From an uncultured Flavobacteriales bacterium (GTDB taxonomy: Bacteria > Bacteroidota > Bacteroidia > Flavobacteriales > BACL11): DNA of 64,000 bases. Positions 61,433 through 64,000 of the stretch are shown here, piece after piece. The position numbers and the translations under genes were made by a program. Each line of letters starts with the position of its first letter. Position 1 is the first letter of the stretch. The notes below the pieces were generated by a model, which saw only the letters and a program-made list of their open reading frames with translations, did not search any database and was not told the origin of the DNA. The stretch is from NCBI GenBank assembly GCA_949372805.1, contig CASIBH010000001.1:18771-82770 (forward strand), given 5' to 3'.

Positions 61433-61927
61433 CTATTTTCCTAATTCCTCAATTTTCTCATATAGTTCGTCTTCATCTCCATCAATATAGCCTCTATGAT
61501 CCCAAACAATATTTCCTTTACCATTTAATAGGAATGTATGGGGAACAGTTGAAACTCCCATTGCTCTTTTAAGATCTGAATTAGAATCTAGATACACTTC
61601 ATATTCCCAATCAGAGGAGTTAACATAAGGAGCAACCTTAGACATAGATCTTGTATCATCTATAGAGATTGCTATAATTTTTACTCCAGTTTCTTCTTGC
61701 CACTCCTCATATACTTCAGCAATATTATTCAATTCCTTTTTACAAGGTTTACACCAAGTAGCCCAAAAACTAATAACAATAGGATTATTATTATTCTCTA
61801 ATTCCTGAATATTAAAAGAGTTACCATCTAATGTTTTAACTTCTATATTTGGAAGACTTCTTTCTTGAGAATATATAAAGCTTATATTAATTGAAAGAGC
61901 TAGAACTATAAATAGTATTTTTTTCAT
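61433..61927 (-). CDS. TlpA-like periplasmic thiol:disulfide oxidoreductase (thioredoxin fold)
   Basis: Signal peptide. VISFWATWCKPCKKELN active-site motif. 164 aa. Confidence 0.88.
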   Translation of the reverse strand: MKKILFIVLALSINISFIYSQERSLPNIEVKTLDGNSFNIQELENNNNPIVISFWATWCKPCKKELNNIAEVYEEWQEETGVKIIAISIDDTRSMSKVAPYVNSSDWEYEVYLDSNSDLKRAMGVSTVPHTFLLNGKGNIVWDHRGYIDGDEDELYEKIEELGK

Positions 61928-61972
61928 AATGATTTTTTTAAAGATTAAACAAATTTACAAAACTTAAAGAAT

Positions 61973-62002
61973 AAAAAACCCTGATTATCTCAGGGTTTTT
62001 TT
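61973..62002. terminator. Bidirectional-looking Rho-independent terminator hairpin
   Basis: A-run, CCCTGA, loop TTATC, TCAGGG, T-run. Confidence 0.7.
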
Positions 62003-62013
62003 CGATCAATGCA

Positions 62014-62048
62014 TAAAAAAACCCCGAAATTTAGTTCGAGGTTTTTTT
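62014..62048. terminator. Rho-independent terminator immediately after the 636-aa gene
   Basis: A-run, CCCCGAA ... TTCGAGG (one mismatch), T-run. Lies about 15 nt past the stop at 62063. Confidence 0.65.
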
Positions 62049-62062
62049 ATGTAAAATTTTAA

Positions 62063-63973
62063 TTATTTAGCTATTGTAACTTTTCTTTTAATTACTGAGT
62101 TTTTAGTAAGAATATTTACATAGTATGATCCATTTGCTAATGTTGAAATATCAATTTCTGATTTATTTGAAGAAGCTAAAACAAGCTTTCCAAATACATC
62201 ATAAATTTCTACACTAACAAAAATTCCTTCAACATTTAAGATATCTTGTGCAGGGTTTGGATATACATTACATTTAGAAGTAAATTCTTCAACGCTAGTA
62301 CTTGCATTATAGCATGGTGATGAAGGATCACTTATAAAAGCATCGAAACAATCTTGCTCTGAACCATATGATCCATTTCCAGATCCCAGGTCAGTACATC
62401 CAAATGGAGTACATTCCCATGCTGGACCGCTTGCGCTACCTGTTGAGAAATACTCACCTAATTCATTGAAATTTGATAGTTGTTGACCAGATAAAGAAGC
62501 TATTACTGTTCCAGCATTATCAGAAACAAAAACTTCAGCTCCAGTACCATAAGCACAACACATACCGTCTCCATAAGCATCATAAAGTAGGAATGAGTAA
62601 CATTCATTTGCATTAACAGCAACTGATGCAGAATATGATTGGTTTGACATGTAAGTTCCACCTTGCCCACCTTGACCAACTACATTACCTGCTTCATCAA
62701 CAATTTCCCATGAAGTTTCTGATCCGTATCCATCAGTTGTAATTTCAACATCAATATTTCCAGCAGAAATTCCACCCATTACTTGATTGTTTTGATCAAA
62801 ATGAACAAAAGAATTAGTTGAGCCATTATTAGAACTATTTTGATCAACTTGTCCATTAGGATTTGAAACTGTAAATACTACATTGTTAACTGCTTGAGGA
62901 GAAAAACTCACTCCAGGAATAGTTATAATTTCAGTTTGAGCTGGAAGCATATTTCCTGTCCAGTTATATGTTGCTCCAGCAGTACCATTAATAGTGTAAT
63001 CAATATCTAAAGAAGTTAAGTTAACACTTCCAAAGTTTCTAAATGTCATTTCTAAATCTGTAGTTGTTCCACATAAAACATCATTTAAATTTGATCCTAA
63101 AACATTAGCATCATATTGGTTAGGGAAAACAGGTGAAACAACTGATTGATTTCCAGATAAAATTTCTTGATTTCCTTCAGTAACAAAGGCAACAACATCT
63201 AAATTAACTAGATCTAATGTTACATCATTTATATCTGCTGGTGCAGCCCAAGTTAATTGAAATGAATGGAATTCTCCTTGACCTATATTAAAGATTTCTT
63301 CTCCCCACTGTCCAGTCATCATGTGACGTAGCATGTGGTTATGAGTATAAGTTGGATTCCATGGTCCTGGTACAATAGCTCCAGGGTTAAATGAAGCAGC
63401 TCCAGTTTGAGGTCCTAAAACACCGTTTTGTACAATTGCAACATTTAAGAAATTTGAAGAAACTGTTTGAGTTCCTGTATAGTAAACTTCAACATCAACT
63501 GTAACTAAGCCAGTAGATAAGTCTACGCTTGATTGAATTGCAACATTAACAGGTGAAGCTTCAGTTAGTACTTGCGCAGCAGCAGTTGCCCAATTGGCTC
63601 TACCCATAGCTGTTGCTCCAGCGCTTCCTTGCTCTAAGCCAGGAAAGTTATGCCTGTTTACAGTTCCTGCAGGATATCCTGCTAGTCCTGATTGAGCATC
63701 TATTGCAGCTCCAAAAGAAGTTCTAAAATCTGTTCCAACTCCTTGAGGGTTAGCGTAACCTCCAGCATGAATATTTATTAGAAATACATCATTTGGGTTT
63801 GCATCATGAAGTCCTTGACCTATAACATGGCCATCAGGACAAAATGTACAGGATATTCCAGTAAATTCTTCCAGTACAACCTTTTTGTTTTCAGGCGTTG
63901 TACTTACAAAAGTTTGTGCAAAAGCAAAAGTAGTAAACAGTGCAAATGCAAAAGTTAGTAGTTTTTTCATCAT
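62063..63973 (-). CDS. T9SS cargo protein: Omp28-related CxxC N-terminal domain, Cys-containing middle module, T9SS C-terminal sorting domain
   Basis: Signal peptide MMKKLLTFAFALFTTFAFAQ. VVLEEFTGISCTFCPDGH (C-T-F-C). TTDGYGSETSWEIVDE...CYSFLLYDAYGDGMCCAYGTG. C-terminal VYPNPAQDILNV...GSYYVNILT sorting domain. Confidence 0.75.
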   Translation of the reverse strand: MMKKLLTFAFALFTTFAFAQTFVSTTPENKKVVLEEFTGISCTFCPDGHVIGQGLHDANPNDVFLINIHAGGYANPQGVGTDFRTSFGAAIDAQSGLAGYPAGTVNRHNFPGLEQGSAGATAMGRANWATAAAQVLTEASPVNVAIQSSVDLSTGLVTVDVEVYYTGTQTVSSNFLNVAIVQNGVLGPQTGAASFNPGAIVPGPWNPTYTHNHMLRHMMTGQWGEEIFNIGQGEFHSFQLTWAAPADINDVTLDLVNLDVVAFVTEGNQEILSGNQSVVSPVFPNQYDANVLGSNLNDVLCGTTTDLEMTFRNFGSVNLTSLDIDYTINGTAGATYNWTGNMLPAQTEIITIPGVSFSPQAVNNVVFTVSNPNGQVDQNSSNNGSTNSFVHFDQNNQVMGGISAGNIDVEITTDGYGSETSWEIVDEAGNVVGQGGQGGTYMSNQSYSASVAVNANECYSFLLYDAYGDGMCCAYGTGAEVFVSDNAGTVIASLSGQQLSNFNELGEYFSTGSASGPAWECTPFGCTDLGSGNGSYGSEQDCFDAFISDPSSPCYNASTSVEEFTSKCNVYPNPAQDILNVEGIFVSVEIYDVFGKLVLASSNKSEIDISTLANGSYYVNILTKNSVIKRKVTIAK

Positions 63974-64000
63974 TGATAATTTTGTTTTAAATTAGATTTT

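Noticed and set aside
62063-63973. Visibly higher G+C than the surrounding genes, as a sign of horizontal transfer. Spot counts of two 60-nt lines gave 23/60 and 27/60.
   Set aside because: The protein is rich in Gly, Ala, Thr, Pro and Ser, which forces GC-richer codons. Conserved core genes such as gdhA reach similar local values (30/60 in one line). There are no mobility genes nearby.

Overview
This is a very AT-rich, very gene-dense chromosomal window. Most spacers are under 150 nt, and many genes share start and stop codons. I assign it to a streamlined member of Bacteroidota, most likely Flavobacteriia, on four grounds: four proteins end in T9SS C-terminal sorting domains; the Bacteroidetes -7 promoter motif TAnnTTTG sits upstream of many genes; the envelope gene order nadK-DUF6089-uppS-bamA-ompH-ompH-murI is conserved; and there is an alternative complex III (actABCDEF) operon. 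Content is overwhelmingly core housekeeping: rplM-rpsI, rpsB-tsf-pyrH-frr, sucAB, gdhA, kbl, kdsB, pdxJ, ruvB, trmB, Fe-S carriers, one tRNA-Ser(GGA), plus outer-membrane and T9SS cargo genes at both ends. I found no CRISPR array, transposase, integrase, prophage or recognisable defence system, and no convincing wholly new system. Five things merit a second look. (1) About ten frame-breaking indels fall in only two loci while about 60 other genes are intact: a type I L-asparaginase gene needs seven frame switches to read, and actD/actE carry three indels inside the otherwise intact ACIII operon. (2) A tightly packed, uncharacterised outer-membrane/thioredoxin-fold operon (tlpA-like, DUF6029-like barrel, Omp28-like CxxC lipoprotein, two small barrels, ubiX) lies just downstream of a second Omp28-like CxxC T9SS cargo gene. 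(3) A four-gene operon (glycosyltransferase, LuxE-like acyl-adenylate enzyme, GNAT, PqqB-like MBL) has no known product. (4) Two sub-threshold small ORFs are translationally coupled. (5) Several convergent gene pairs have 0-1 nt spacers or overlapping 3' ends. All family names come from reading the translated ORFs by eye. No HMM or database search was run.
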